DNA from: Chrysomallon squamiferum
Taxonomy: Eukaryota; Animalia; Mollusca
Length of the DNA stretch: 64,000 bases
NCBI GenBank assembly: GCA_012295275.1
Contig: CM022667.1
Coordinates: 16,244,001 to 16,308,000 of the forward strand
Direction of reading: 5' to 3'
Part shown: positions 26,301 through 38,658 of the stretch, piece after piece
Layout of the letters: every line of letters starts with the position of its first letter
Position numbering within the stretch: position 1 is the first letter of the stretch
The notes under the pieces: generated by a model
Seen by the model: only the letters and a program-made list of their open reading frames with translations
Databases searched by the model: none
What the model was told of the DNA's origin: nothing
Translations under genes and position numbers: made by a program

Positions 26301-28768
26301 AATTTCACAATAATTGTAGAATTGTATATTAAAAGATATATATTGCATGTTACCAAAAATAAGCAAGCATCTGGGAAGTTTTGATTAACCTTTCTTCCAA
26401 TAGTTTTGGCTATGTGATCTATCCTGAAAAAAAGCCCAAAATATTTTTATTTAAGCCATCAAACACACACAAAAGCAGGATGGAGTATGGTGATCTCACC
26501 ATAAATTCCATTTCCTACTGAGCCAAGTCACTGTGTATTTTAAATACAAGTAAAAAGGACTGATGCTGTATAAAATGATTGTATTTTTTTCATATTAAAC
26601 TGACTCAATACTTTCTAAATAAAGGTTCTCATGAATGAAATGAATTTATACACATTCAAATGCAGATGATATCTGCCTAAGCGAGGGCAATTATTTTATA
26701 TCAAAATGCATCTTTTGATGCTAATGATCAGATGTAAGATTATTAATGATGCTAATCCTATTTTGTACATAACACAATACCAATATGAACAGTTAATTAA
26801 CAACAATAAAGAAAACTGATTTACTTCTACTGATTCATACAGAATTAATAGTAAAGAAATACTTCTTGTAATTCACATCTGGACCTATTCATATTATAAA
26901 TATAAATTATATTAATTATTATATTAAAAATCAGAACACAGAAAAAAAACGTCCATCATTGTACACATTATTATTAAAAATGTAAACACCATGCACTGAA
27001 TGACAGTAAATTTATATATTAATGACCATGTAATGAAAGAATCATTCTATTCAGTGTAAATCGTTTCTAGTTGCACATACACCGCCAACACTGTGTTTGC
27101 ATACATAACCCATCAAAAATGACACTGAATATAACTATGCAGTGGTCTCGCCAGCATTTCTGAAAGGGATGGTGCGAATCGGTGGAACTGGTGCAAGTTA
27201 AACGAAGGGACAGTACTGAAAATGTTCAGTATACAAGTATTTTGAACAATCGAAAATACTCCTATAAATTATTGCATAAAATGCATTAACTATTAATAAG
27301 TTTATTTTATTTGCAATTAAATAAAATCAAAGTTTTGACTGGTTGTTCTGTGTATTATATTCTTTACATGAATATATCATTTTATGTGAAAACAAAATAA
27401 AACACACACATTGTTTTATAACCTTCTGTATGTATTATATATACATGTTAGCGTGCGTGTATGTAAAACATAAGACCGTAAAAATTCACCACGCAGTATG
27501 ATAATGAATATTTATGAGAATGTTATGTTGAATTGGCGATATGCTGTTAATAACAATTATTTTTATATTGTGCAGATCGAGCACATATTGTTCTTCAAAG
27601 GATGAAAAGTTGTTTTGTAGCTAGGATAACATAATTATACAGTTACATTCTGAACAATCTCAATCTGTAACGATCATTGAAATTCATGCGCAATAATTTA
27701 GCCATGCAGTGCATGCTACAGTCGCCTTCATTACACAAGGATTTTAAGTTGCAGCAAATTTCAGAGGGATTGAACTGTGTCCCTTTGTAAATATGACATT
27801 TATCACTTCGGATTACTTCAATTTTGTTTAGGGACAAAACCTGTGAACTGCTGACCCCAAAAGTGCAAAACAGTGGCATGACAGCCAGTCTAAGTAAACA
27901 GGTGGTGGATATGGCAGGCAAACTTGACGTAAGCCATAAGTGATGGTGCGCCCACCATCTCTTACAGTATGTAGCGAGATCCCTGCTATGTAAAGTATTT
28001 TAAATAATACATAAAGAGTGAGTGCTCAATTACATAACACTAATATATATATATTATATCTGCAGCAATATACATGATTATAATTTCTAATTTATAACCC
28101 AAAATTTTAACATATTATTTTACTCACTGCAAATCATCGTAATTTTCATTGGCATGATAGTAGCCTCCTATAACATAACCTTTACTGCGACAGTATGTAT
28201 CAATCTGCAAAAACAAATAATATTAATAATAAATAAATTCTGAACTGAATGATTTATTTTCAAGTTAAATTTCATAATTATTTACAAATAACCAAATGGG
28301 TATTACTATTAAAGTATTATACTTTTATACCTTCAGTATAATTGTTTAATTTCCAAATTTTCGAGTTTAATATATATATATATTCATATATAAATATATA
28401 TATATAGGGATAAAAGCTAATCACAAATATTAGGGATAAAAGCTAATCACGAAAATTAATGAATTATAGTTTATACAAGAGATAATTATTGAATTAACAA
28501 TAATTACTGCAGACGCAAATATTCAACTGCTACAAAAAGTGCTAGTACTACCATTATACCATACCTGAAGCAAAGCGATTTCTAGCATGGGCGCCAGCCC
28601 AAGCGTTATATGAAAAAGCGGAATACAGTCTACGAATTTGAGAGTCTTGTGTTCTTTGCCTTTTGTGTCTTCCGCTAACAAGATTCCATTTACAGCAGAA
28701 TGTGGATATTTGGCTGCATGAAGTATTAATTTACAATATGCCCGCATGCTGACCGTCACTTCCGCCAT
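23235..28768 (-). CDS. EMC8: ER membrane protein complex subunit 8/9 homolog (UPF0172/MPN-like), 5 coding exons, 198 aa
   Basis: Exons 28768-28565, 28204-28128, 26423-26354, 25851-25760, 23388-23235 (597 nt, open, GT-AG). Hallmarks: [58 protein letters not shown]...DW.N. Confidence 0.95.
24960..25456. repeat. Dispersed repeat, copy 1 (EMC8/9 intron 4); inverted copy at 34483-34970
   Basis: Reverse complement aligns over ~490 bp; shared sharp end cagcctag(t/c)c(g/a)atataattgg. Confidence 0.85.
25760..25851 (-). CDS. EMC8: EMC8/9 exon 4
   Basis: [30 protein letters not shown]; cccag| and |gtaag. Confidence 0.9.
26354..26423 (-). CDS. EMC8: EMC8/9 exon 3
   Basis: [23 protein letters not shown]; ttcag| and |gtaac. 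Confidence 0.9.
27140..27985. mobile_element. Non-autonomous DNA transposon with CAG termini and a 5-bp TSD, in EMC8/9 intron 2
   Basis: Left end cagtggtctcgc, right end gcgagatccctg (imperfect TIR); ctatg immediately flanks both ends. Confidence 0.7.
28128..28204 (-). CDS. EMC8: EMC8/9 exon 2
   Basis: [25 protein letters not shown]; cag| and |gtgag. Confidence 0.93.
28565..28768 (-). CDS. EMC8: EMC8/9 exon 1
   Basis: [23 protein letters not shown]...PMLEIALLQ|gtatg. Confidence 0.95.
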
Positions 28769-28962
28769 TTTGTTTAAGGTCTCTGTAAAAGCTTCCGGGT
28801 CATAACTCCTCTAAGTAATCTTGAAGGGTTTTATCTCCCTTTAGCTGTCACTTTTCTCTCTTTACAAAACAAAGAGTTCGCGGTAGGCGGGAAGTTTTGT
28901 CAGTTTGTTTTCCAGATTGAGGCGATACTATTCAGTTGATAAAAACAATACATTATCATATT
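28769..28962. promoter_or_regulatory. Compact bidirectional promoter between EMC8/9 and POLD2
   Basis: 194 bp between divergent start codons. ETS-like CTTCCGG at ~28792, E2F-like GGCGGGAA at 28886-28893, YY1-like CCGCCATTTTG over the EMC ATG; locally CpG-richer than its flanks. Confidence 0.7.
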
Positions 28963-29184
28963 ATGAGTTGGTTTAATAGAAAATATGGTGGCAGTTCAAA
29001 TCCCGAAAATCTGTTGTCAGAACCTTCAGAAAACAATGACATTTTTCAAAGATGTACAAGTGATTATAAAAATGTTTCTGAACGATTCCAAATTAAAGAC
29101 AGAAAAGACAATATGCTCATTTATATGCAGAACGACTTTTGAGTTCCAGACCTAGTCTAGTACAGGCGGCAAAAGACAAATGGG
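28963..29184 (+). CDS. POLD2: POLD2 exon 1 (frameshift at ~29104-29105)
   Basis: [29 protein letters not shown] in one frame; [27 protein letters not shown] in another. Confidence 0.85.
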
Positions 29185-32100
29185 GTGTGTGACAATGTTT
29201 GTAGGATTAGACAATGATCTAAATTGTATCATTCAATCGCTCTGGCATTATAATTATTTCATCACGTCTAAATGGTCTATTATAATTATCTTTCTTTAAC
29301 GTTTAACTAAGTAAGTTAAATACTGAAATAACTGTCACTATGACTGTTTTTATTTTTATTTTCCCAAATACTAATACATTTCTCTTTCTCTAATTCTTTT
29401 TCCCTTAGGTGAAGATATTGCTATAAGGAAATTACATGAATTACAAATAGACGAGAGATGTGTTATAATTGGGACACTTTTTAAACACATGGAAGCCAAA
29501 CCAAGCATCCTGAAGGAAATCAGTAAAGAGGTTTGTTTACAATGTGTTATAAAATTTAAATAAAAATCAGTTCATTATATTTATAACTAATGCAGTTTGA
29601 GTTTAGCTTAATAATGAGATATTTTCACATAATCTGTCTTTGTTAAGACCAGCACCAACAAACTGCAGAGGAAGGAATTACTTTAAAAATACAGGTTGAC
29701 ATTAAAAAATCCAGCTACCTCCAGACCTGAGGACTGCCAGATTCAAAAAAATCCTTGATTTTTTATGGTTATATATGCTGTATATATTTAATAGAAAATT
29801 ACTACCTGTGTACAGCAAATAAATGATAAAATGAGCAGGAAGGCCTGTTAGCAGGTGCAAGCAAGACTCAACAGCTGATTCTGAGGTACAGCGACATCAA
29901 AACAGAAACGACATCTCCAGAAAACAGTGGCGCGCCAACACAGTAAATTTGAAAATGCGCTCCAAAATCCATGCCAGAAATGAGAAAAAAACAGATTTTC
30001 GATGGCTGGATTTTTGAATGTCAATCTGTATTAGAATGCATTTTCATACTAAGACATATTAATATAGACAGTATTTAAATTCTGGCTTTTAAAAATGTAT
30101 AATTTATGTAAAACATACATTTTTGTTTCTTCAAAAAGCATAACCTCATGCCTCAGCCACTGAGGACCAGGTACACAGGAGATTCTGACAAGCTGCTGCT
30201 GGAGGACGAACTACAGAGAATATTTCTTGTTGGTAAACTTGATGTTGACACCTCGGTCACAGGTATAATCTTATTACGTGAACACAGAACTGCACTTTAA
30301 TATTTTCAGTTTACAAGTAAACGATGAAATTTAGAGAACTGTACTGTGGGCATATGTTAAAAGTTTGAGATTCAAAGTGGTGCTATAGTACATGCAAGGA
30401 AAAATTGAATTAACAAACAACCTGATTTTATGGATTAGTTAAAAAAAACATTAATTCTGATTTTCTTGGAAACAGAAAATGACGTTGCATAATTATGTTC
30501 TAACTTGACTAAGCATCTGATATTCAAAATATGTTGTATGTAAATTATTTCTTTTTATTTCATTTCAAATTCTTGTTGTGCACTGCAGTATTTAACAGAC
30601 TAAATGTAGGTTGTTTACCATACTTCCAAGTTGTTTATTCCAGGATAATTTTATTATATTTCAAAAAACTAATACATTTTGATTCTAACTATTTCAGTAA
30701 TAATCCTTTTCATAACTGAAGAAGTCTGTGGTAAACATAAAAAAAAAAAAAAAATGTGTATGTAAATTCTAATATGTATTTAATAGGTGTTATTACAGCT
30801 GTCTTGGGCAAGGAACCGGATAATGATCGAGGGAAGTTTTATGTTGAAGATTATTGTTTTCAGCCATTACCAGATCAAGTGCAGCGCCCACTAGCTGGAG
30901 ACAGGTATGTGTAGAATGTTTCTGTCTAGTATACATTGGTGATGCTTGATTACTGATACTAGCGTAGAGATCCTTTAATTCATATCATACATGTCATATG
31001 TCATTTCTTTCCAATTTTATGTTTTACATATATGTGGAGTGGCACGTTATTCGGCCAAATAAGGAAAATGCAAGGGTGCATGCATTCAACTCCGTAATCC
31101 TAAAAATGTTGACTTTGTGATATATGTGATTAAATTCCAGTGTTTGGCAATTCTTTTTTTTTTGATATTTTATTTTTGAGGATTTTTTTTCTGCTCAATG
31201 TGAGGTAAAATTCACTGGAAACGAGATCACGAACAATGGGTCAACTTAATTGGTGGATAGCACAAAACCAAGTGAAAACAATGATCAAAATAAAATGTTT
31301 GCTTGTAGTATAATAAAGAAAGAGCCAGTAATTAATTGTGTAATTATTTTTTATGCAATCATGTTTATGCAGTGAATTAGTTAAAAATCATTGTTGTTTA
31401 TTACCATTGTTGTCCAACATGAGCATGAACTTTGTACCTCATTATCATTTTTTGTTTGTTTACTTCTACACAGCTTTTATTTCCATGATTTACATTCAAA
31501 CATATTTTTTAATAAAATGGCAGAACCTAATAAGAATGACAAGCTATATTTCTAGCAGATGTAAATAAAGTTTAATTTTTAAATTTTGCGTCCATGTGAA
31601 ATGAACATTTTCCGGCTCACCCCATGTGGCTGACAATCTTTACAAACTTGTTAATGGGGATATATAGACTGGAAACTTCCACAGGAAGTGAAGAAATGAC
31701 CTTTTACTTTTTCCAGCAGAAGATAGAGGCTATAATAGTGACCTGGAAGTAATTTATGGTCCAACATCCTCACGAAATGTGACGTGATTTGAACTTTGAC
31801 TAATTGCTATTTTTTAAGATATGTTTGCAACTGGATTCGATAATTGTAAAAATTAGGTAAGCAAAATACACTCTTTTATATCTGATATGTTTTAGTTAAA
31901 GTTCTAAGATAATACATTACAATTTAGCATTTTTTGCTAATTTTTGGGGTCCTGCTCTGGGCAGATTTGCACATGCACACATGTCTCTGTGAAACGAACA
32001 TCATCTAAAAGTAGATTGTTAAGTGGTGGTGTATCGCTTTTTCAAGATTAATTTTTTTAATTTAATAAAATCAAAAGCTAATTAATACAAAGTATGAACA

Positions 32101-35100
32101 CTAAATGTAATTGTCATAATTGTTTTATTTTTATGCCAGCTGATGTTTGTTTCATGGACAATATTTTTGGCACCTTTTTGTGGTCTTGTAATGAATGAAA
32201 TGGTTTTCATTTCTGAATCAAATTTTACAGTGAGTTAAAATGTACAAGTTGTGCTATGTTTCGCAGGCTCTCTTTTAGCAACAGGTTAAAGTCGTGTTAC
32301 TAGGGAAACGGTTGTAAAATAATGATGACAAAAGTAAAAATTGTAATACCGGCATATTTTGGCTTCAACTGAAACGAATACCATTGCCCTAGTAATTTTA
32401 ACGGCTTACTCTTAATGTTTTTATTGGTAAAATTAAGTAACAATCTAGGTTATTTCTGATGTATATATTTGATACTTTCAAGAAACTCTCAACATCTTGA
32501 AGTTAAATTAATTTGTGTTTCATGAATTTAGTTACATAAGACTATCACGATTTTTTTGACTACACATTCATTTACAAATTGATGCATTGTATACTGAGCC
32601 CAGTATTTAACTAATTAGTAAGTTTTAGGATATTAAATATACAATGATCACTTTATGCAAGGAAACAATTCAAAGCTTGCCCTATCCTATGTCTGAATAG
32701 AAACCGATTTGAAACAAAAATTGTTTCTGATAAATAGCTGAAATTTGTGTTTATGGTCCAATTCAAGATATTCCAAAATATAACAGTTGATTGATCTCTT
32801 TTAAGGTTCTTCAAACTGACAGATATAAAGAAGAGGGGCAACTATTACAGCTTTCCTGAACTTGATGACGTGTCCTGGGTTTCACTGAAAGATGTTCAGG
32901 CACTGAAGCCACCAACAATCAATGCCCGCAGCCAGTATTTTTTTTAAAGAAGTGAAACTGAAATAAAACTGAAGACTGTTTCACATTTTGTTGTCATGTT
33001 TCTGGATTATGTTGTTCATTTTTATGGATGATGACTTTCTGGTGTCTTGTAACTTACGACATATTATACTGCAAAACTTTGTTATTTGAAAAGCACACTT
33101 GTAGTTTTTCTTTGCATCTCTTTCTGATTCAGAAACAAACACTGACATGGGAAAAGAAAAAGCCATTTGTTGTTATTGCTTTCTCAAAAAAGTTGAATTC
33201 TGCATATGTCATGCTACCACATTCTACGGCATCATATTTGAATTTTTTTTTAATCTCTCAATTACATTGAAATGAGATACCACAACACACCAATTACATC
33301 AACATACATCTTATTAAATCAATTTATTCATTGCATTACTGGATTAAAATGTCATCTTGTAACTTACATCACCAACAGTATTTGCCGCACTACAGTCAAA
33401 TGAACAAGAAAATGGCAATTTTTGTATCAGTATTAGTTGAAAACAAATTTTATCTAATATCTCAACTAGTTTTTTTAATCATTTTAAGCACTTTTTATTT
33501 TTAATGACTTTGTCCTCATTTTTTGGCTTAGTATCGTGCTGCTCCACACACACATAAAATGCTGGTTATTCATATGTTCAATTATTTACTTTTTTAATTA
33601 CAGAATGTAATGAACATTGCCTTACCCATTTTTTTTTCATTGCAAATATAATGTTTGTTCTGTCTTTAATTCTATTACATCTTATATCATATGTTTTTTT
33701 TTTTTTTTATTATTAACAAATCCACTAAACTTTCTCAGTTTTTATTTATATATAGTTGTTTTTGGAGTAATTTATTAATACTAATCCTAAAAAAGTTTGA
33801 CACATGCAGACATATGGGCACACTCACATATTGGAATATACATGTACCCATAAAATTAATTTATTTGTTCTTATAATGCATAAACATTTGCTCTTTTTTC
33901 ATGAATGATTTTTTTTTTTTATAACTAGCTACATAGTGCTGTTGTCTGGGTTGAACATAGGTGGGAAGGAGGAGAAAATGTTTCCTCTGCAGATGTGTGT
34001 TGATTTTCTAACTGGACAGCTAGGTGACATGTCACAACAGAAAGCTGTGTCACACATCAGTCGTGTCATCATTGCTGGCAACTCTCTGAGCCAGTCAACG
34101 CAGGACAAGAAGAGTCTTAACAAGGTATGTCATCTCGGTTACTTTAAACCTTTTGGTGCTAAATTATGGCTTCAGGTACTTTAGATAGTTACAAAGGCTT
34201 AACTTAAGCTGTTGTATTATATCTAGATATCTCACCAGTGACAGTCTTCTGGCATGTCCAGATATCTCACAAACAGTATTTTTCTAGCATTTTGAGATAT
34301 CTCACAAACAGCAGTCTTTTAACATGTTGAAATATCTCACAAACAGAAGTCTTATAGGATGTTGCAATATCTCACCAATGGCAGTCTCCTAGCATGTTCA
34401 GATATCTTGCAAACAACAGTCTTCTAGCATGCTGAGATATCTCACAAACAACCTGTTCCAGCATGTCTGGATATCTCACAAACAGCCTAGCCAATATAAT
34501 TGGTTTAAAGCTGTTAAAAGTTCAAATTCTTTCCATTTTCCTCCACTCCCAAATCCCTTCTATAAAAACTAGCATAAAAAACAAATACATGGAAAGAAAG
34601 ATCATTATGAGCGCTTTTAAATGATTTGTTGTTCTTGTTGTATGTTAAATCAGTTCTTTGTATGAGAGTGTTAAATGTGGTGGGGGTAAATGTGTTTGGC
34701 GCCCATGGTCAGCAATTAACAGTGTGGAGTAAAAGGTCCTAAAATAGGGTCACTGGCTTGTCTTCGCCCAAATTGCTTCAGTGTTATTTTTATCACATCT
34801 AGTTGAATCTTTCTAACCATGTGCATGTAGTCACTGGCAATGGCTTATAATCAAAAGTTGTGTCCAAAAATATACTTTTTCATGCATTCAACCATTTTTG
34901 AAAAAAGATCAGATTGGCTGAAAATAAAACCTAACATAGTTCACATGATCTTCAAATGAAAGTCTCATTTGATTACTCACAAAAGGCAGTATTTCAAATG
35001 TTCAAATGTGCAAAACATCTTCTGTCATGTCCAGCCTTCAGACAGCAGAAACCAAGCTCTAGATAGTCTCACAAAAGCAGTCTTATACCATACACTAGAT

Positions 35101-38100
35101 ATGTCACAAAGAAACTGTATTCTAGCATTATGTTTTCTTCATATTATATGAAATTAAAGTCAGTCTTCTAGCAAAAATTTGCCTCCTCACCAACCTATCT
35201 TCTAACATGTTCAAATATCTCACATGCAGCATCTTCTGTCATGTCCAGATATATCTCAAAAGCAGCACCATCTTCTAGATATCTCACAAACAGCAGGCTT
35301 ATCTCACTAGAATGGCAGCTGTATTCTAGCATGTCGATAGATACAAGGGGTTCTGACAGGTTGAGATGTCTCACAAAACAGCAAAGTCTTCTAGCATGTT
35401 GAGGTATCTCACAAACTGTCTTGATATTCACAAACAGCAGTCTTATAGCATGTCTGGATATCTCAAAAAAAGTCTTACAGCATGTTTGATATCTCACCAA
35501 TGGCAGTTCCTGGCATGTCAAGATATCTCACCAATGGCAGAATCTAGCATGTTGAGTTATATCTCACAAAAACCTCCTTTTATTATATCTAGATATCTTA
35601 CAAACAGCCTCTACTAGTCATGATGTTACAGATTGTAAAATTCTCTGTATTTGATATAAAGCCCTTGTTCATGTTGATTTTCAGTCTCTCTTCCTTGTTG
35701 TCAGATTCATTGATGAATAGCCCATAGAAGGATGCTAGTAGTTTCTCCCATAACAAGAGTATAGCAAGTTGAAATATCTCAAAAAAAAAAAGTTCAGTTC
35801 AACAATAAACTAGCATGTTGATATTATTTATAAACAATACTCTTTTTGTCCCTTTATTTCACAAACTTTTCTTATTTTCCTACTTCAACTTTATGTCCAG
35901 ATTTCTTATAAAAATCATCTAATATGAAAAATTAAAATAATTATTCTGTTTATTGATAGTCATAAATTTATTTTATTTTGATAGTAAAATATTTTAAATT
36001 TAGCAGTCTTCTTAGAATGTAACCATCAAACGGATCATTTTCTGTAATTTGATTTCTTTTATTTGCATACATTTAACTAGATTTTCAGGCAAAAATATTT
36101 AGGAAGCTGAGATATATCTCACAAACAACAGGTTCTAGCATGTCTAGATAAGCACAAACAGCTGAATTTAGATGACATCACAGACAGCAGTCTTCTAGCA
36201 TGTTAATTAGTCCTGTTTGATGTTTTATAATCAGCAGTCTTCAATGTTATTATATCATAAACACAATGTCTTCAAAACTGGATATCACAAACGGTCTTAT
36301 ATTATGTTGCAATATCTCACCAATGGCAGTCACCTAGCACTCATTTTGCAAGGAAGGGTCAAGATATCTCACATGCAATTTACATTTGATATAAAATAAC
36401 TCTTACAGTTAATCTGAAAACACTAGATATTCACAAATAGTCATCTGGCATGTTGAGATATCTGACATCCTTTAGCAAGTAATGAAAGCGATATTCACCA
36501 ATATATTCCAGCATGTCAATATTGCATTTACTGTCATGTCCAGATATCTTGCAATCAGTTTGTTACCATAATGGATATGTCACAATGAAAAAGATATAAA
36601 AAGACAAAAATAATAATAGTAATAAAACAAAATATTTGATATTCAGTATTTGACAAATGAAGTCCTATAGAGTTAGATATCTCAAATACTAGTGACTTCC
36701 AGGAAGCTGAGGTATCTCATATATTAGAAAATTCAGTATCTTCTAGAAATAACAAAAAACACTGTTTGACAAACAAAATTCTTAATTATTATAATTAATC
36801 AGTGTGTGTTTCTGATATTTTGTTAAATGTTATGCAGTATTATCCAATGAATAAATAATTTCTTGTATTAATAAATATTCTGAACATACAGTGCATTATA
36901 GTATATTATTGGAACATAGGTCAGTATTTTCTAGCATATTCTAGTTGTAATTAAATAGAAAATAATAAAACATTAAATATAAAAATAGTAAGTTATTTTA
37001 TGTTGTGTTATTGAGCAAAACATTTTACGATATAATACTTACTTTAAAAATTGGAAAGTAATGTCTTTTTTTATTTAAAATTGATGAAGAAAATGAAGAT
37101 TTATTACATACTTACTATTAGGAAAATAACCAGATTTTTTTCATAATGTATTTAACCATTTATTAACTGATATTAATTTTCCAGTCTTCTGTTGATGTTG
37201 ATCTGATGCCAGGAGAATATGATCCATCTAACTACACTCTACCACAGCAACCACTTCATCGTTGTATGTTTACACAAGCAATGTCGTATCCCACAATGCA
37301 TACGACCACAAACCCTTATGACTGCAGTGTTAATGGTGTGAGGTAATTGTTTTCTTTAATAATAAATTATAGTTGTTACTTATTGCTGGATAACTAATTA
37401 TAAGTTATGATTTGGAACTAAAACGTAGAGAAAAAAGAATTTCTTTTAACCAGCAGTTTAAGAAGTACTGCTGTAATCTTCATAATTACAGGATTTTGGG
37501 GACATCTGGTCAGTCGGTTGAGGATATTTGGAGATATTCTACTTTAGAAGACCCTCTTGACATTCTGGAAAAGACTCTGGAGTGGGGTCATTTGGCACCC
37601 ACTGCACCTGACACGCTGGGTATTTATCTTTATTTCTACATCCATTAGGAACTGGTTAGTAGTTAGTTTGCTAGTTTGAGAGATGATTGGTTTCTGCATC
37701 AGGCAATGTCTGCCATTGGTTTTTGAAATAAATTTATTATCTTTCAAACAACTAGAGTGTGCCTGACGAGTGATCCAAACATTACTGCAGCAGGTTTCTT
37801 CTTTTACCATTTTGTATTAAATATATAAAGTACAACCAATTAATAGTAACTGTTATAACAAAATCATGCAGTGCAATGCATTCAGAACTGAACTGAAACT
37901 ATAACAACTATAATTTATTTTCTCTCAATGATGTTTGGAAGGAAATATCAAAATAAGTTCAAAAAGATAACATGTTAAATTTAATAGTTTAATAATAGTG
38001 AAGGAGATAAAATTTACAAATTACATATATCACTGTTTCAGTTTTTTTACACACTTGCCTGTGATGTTTGTAATAAATAGAAAATAATAAACTGAAACAA

Positions 38101-38658
38101 CAGTCTTCTAAAATAATGATGGACATGTTATATTACTCATTGCTTTCAGGTTGTTACCCATTTTACAGTGAAGATCCATTTATCATCAAAGATTGTCCTC
38201 ATGTTTATTTTGCTGGAAACTGTTCAGAATTCAAGTCTAAAATACACAAAGGTATGGTACAGATATCTAAGTCGAAAACAAAAAATGTCTTGTGTGTTCT
38301 TGAATTAATTATATATATATAGATGCCAATAATTAAACAAATACTTCATATAAGTATCAAGGTGTTTTATCAATAAAATTTCAAGATGTTAATAACATGA
38401 AATTGTTGACATCTAGCAACAAAAAAAAACAACAAACAAACAAATATTTCAGCTACCAAAGAAATAATGAAAACTTTGAGGATTTTTGTTTTTCTTACAG
38501 GTTCTAATGGACAAGAAGTCTTACTTGTCTCTGTTCCAAGATTTAGTCAGACATGTTCCTGTGTTGTCATAAACCTGCAATCACTTACTTGTCATCAGGT
38601 GACATTTGACTCCAAGTTTTCTTCAAGTTGCAACTCCAGTCCTGAAGTTGACAAGTGA
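28963..38658 (+). CDS. POLD2: DNA polymerase delta subunit 2 (p50), 10 coding exons; as assembled, frameshifted in exon 1 and missing most of exon 6
   Basis: Exons 28963-29184, 29409-29530, 30139-30262, 30787-30904, 33929-34124, [36089-36100 remnant], 37185-37342, 37492-37619, 38150-38251, 38501-38658. Motifs [72 protein letters not shown]...CPHVYFAGN. Confidence 0.92.
29409..29530 (+). CDS. POLD2: POLD2 exon 2
   Basis: [36 protein letters not shown]; ttag| and |gtttg. Confidence 0.93.
29692..30028. mobile_element. Tc1/mariner-type MITE in POLD2 intron 2
   Basis: TIRs caggttgacattaaaaaatccagc / gctggatttttgaatgtcaatctg, TA on both sides. Confidence 0.8.
30139..30262 (+). CDS. POLD2: POLD2 exon 3
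   Basis: [32 protein letters not shown]...VTG. Confidence 0.93.
30787..30904 (+). CDS. POLD2: POLD2 exon 4
   Basis: [28 protein letters not shown]. Confidence 0.93.
32780..32947 (+). mobile_element. Possible C-terminal remnant of a DNA-transposon ORF in POLD2 intron 4
   Basis: [36 protein letters not shown] resembles the F.P..DD.SW...L.P...R..Y.F tails seen on invertebrate transposon proteins; upstream frame is broken. Confidence 0.4.
33929..34124 (+). CDS. POLD2: POLD2 exon 5
   Basis: YIVLLSGL...[10 protein letters not shown]...[23 protein letters not shown]|gtatg. Confidence 0.95.
34222..36740. repeat. Degenerate ~33-bp minisatellite (gatatctcacaaacagcagtcttctagcatgttga)
   Basis: Dozens of units with the core gatatctcac...tctagcatg in blocks at 34222-34482, 34970-35620 and 36100-36740. 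Confidence 0.9.
34483..34970. repeat. Dispersed repeat, copy 2, inserted into the POLD2 intron 5 minisatellite
   Basis: Inverted homolog of 24960-25456; interrupts the 33-bp array. Confidence 0.85.
37185..37342 (+). CDS. POLD2: POLD2 exon 7
   Basis: [29 protein letters not shown]...TNPY...NGVR. Confidence 0.95.
37492..37619 (+). CDS. POLD2: POLD2 exon 8
   Basis: [16 protein letters not shown]...[15 protein letters not shown]. Confidence 0.95.
38150..38251 (+). CDS. POLD2: POLD2 exon 9
   Basis: [24 protein letters not shown]...KIHKG. Confidence 0.95.
38501..38658 (+). CDS. POLD2: POLD2 exon 10 (last coding)
   Basis: [35 protein letters not shown]...*. Confidence 0.93.

Noticed and set aside
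27643-27921. 92-aa Cys-containing ORF in EMC8/9 intron 2
   Set aside because: Lies inside the non-autonomous transposon and has no recognisable motif or splice context.
29095-29115. Programmed ribosomal frameshift rescuing POLD2
   Set aside because: Conserved residues appear deleted rather than shifted, there is no canonical X XXY YYZ slippery site, and a second lesion (exon 6) points to decay or assembly error.
34222-36740. Regularly spaced ~33-bp repeats as a CRISPR-like array
   Set aside because: Head-to-tail degenerate units with no unique spacers, in a eukaryotic intron with no cas genes; a minisatellite.
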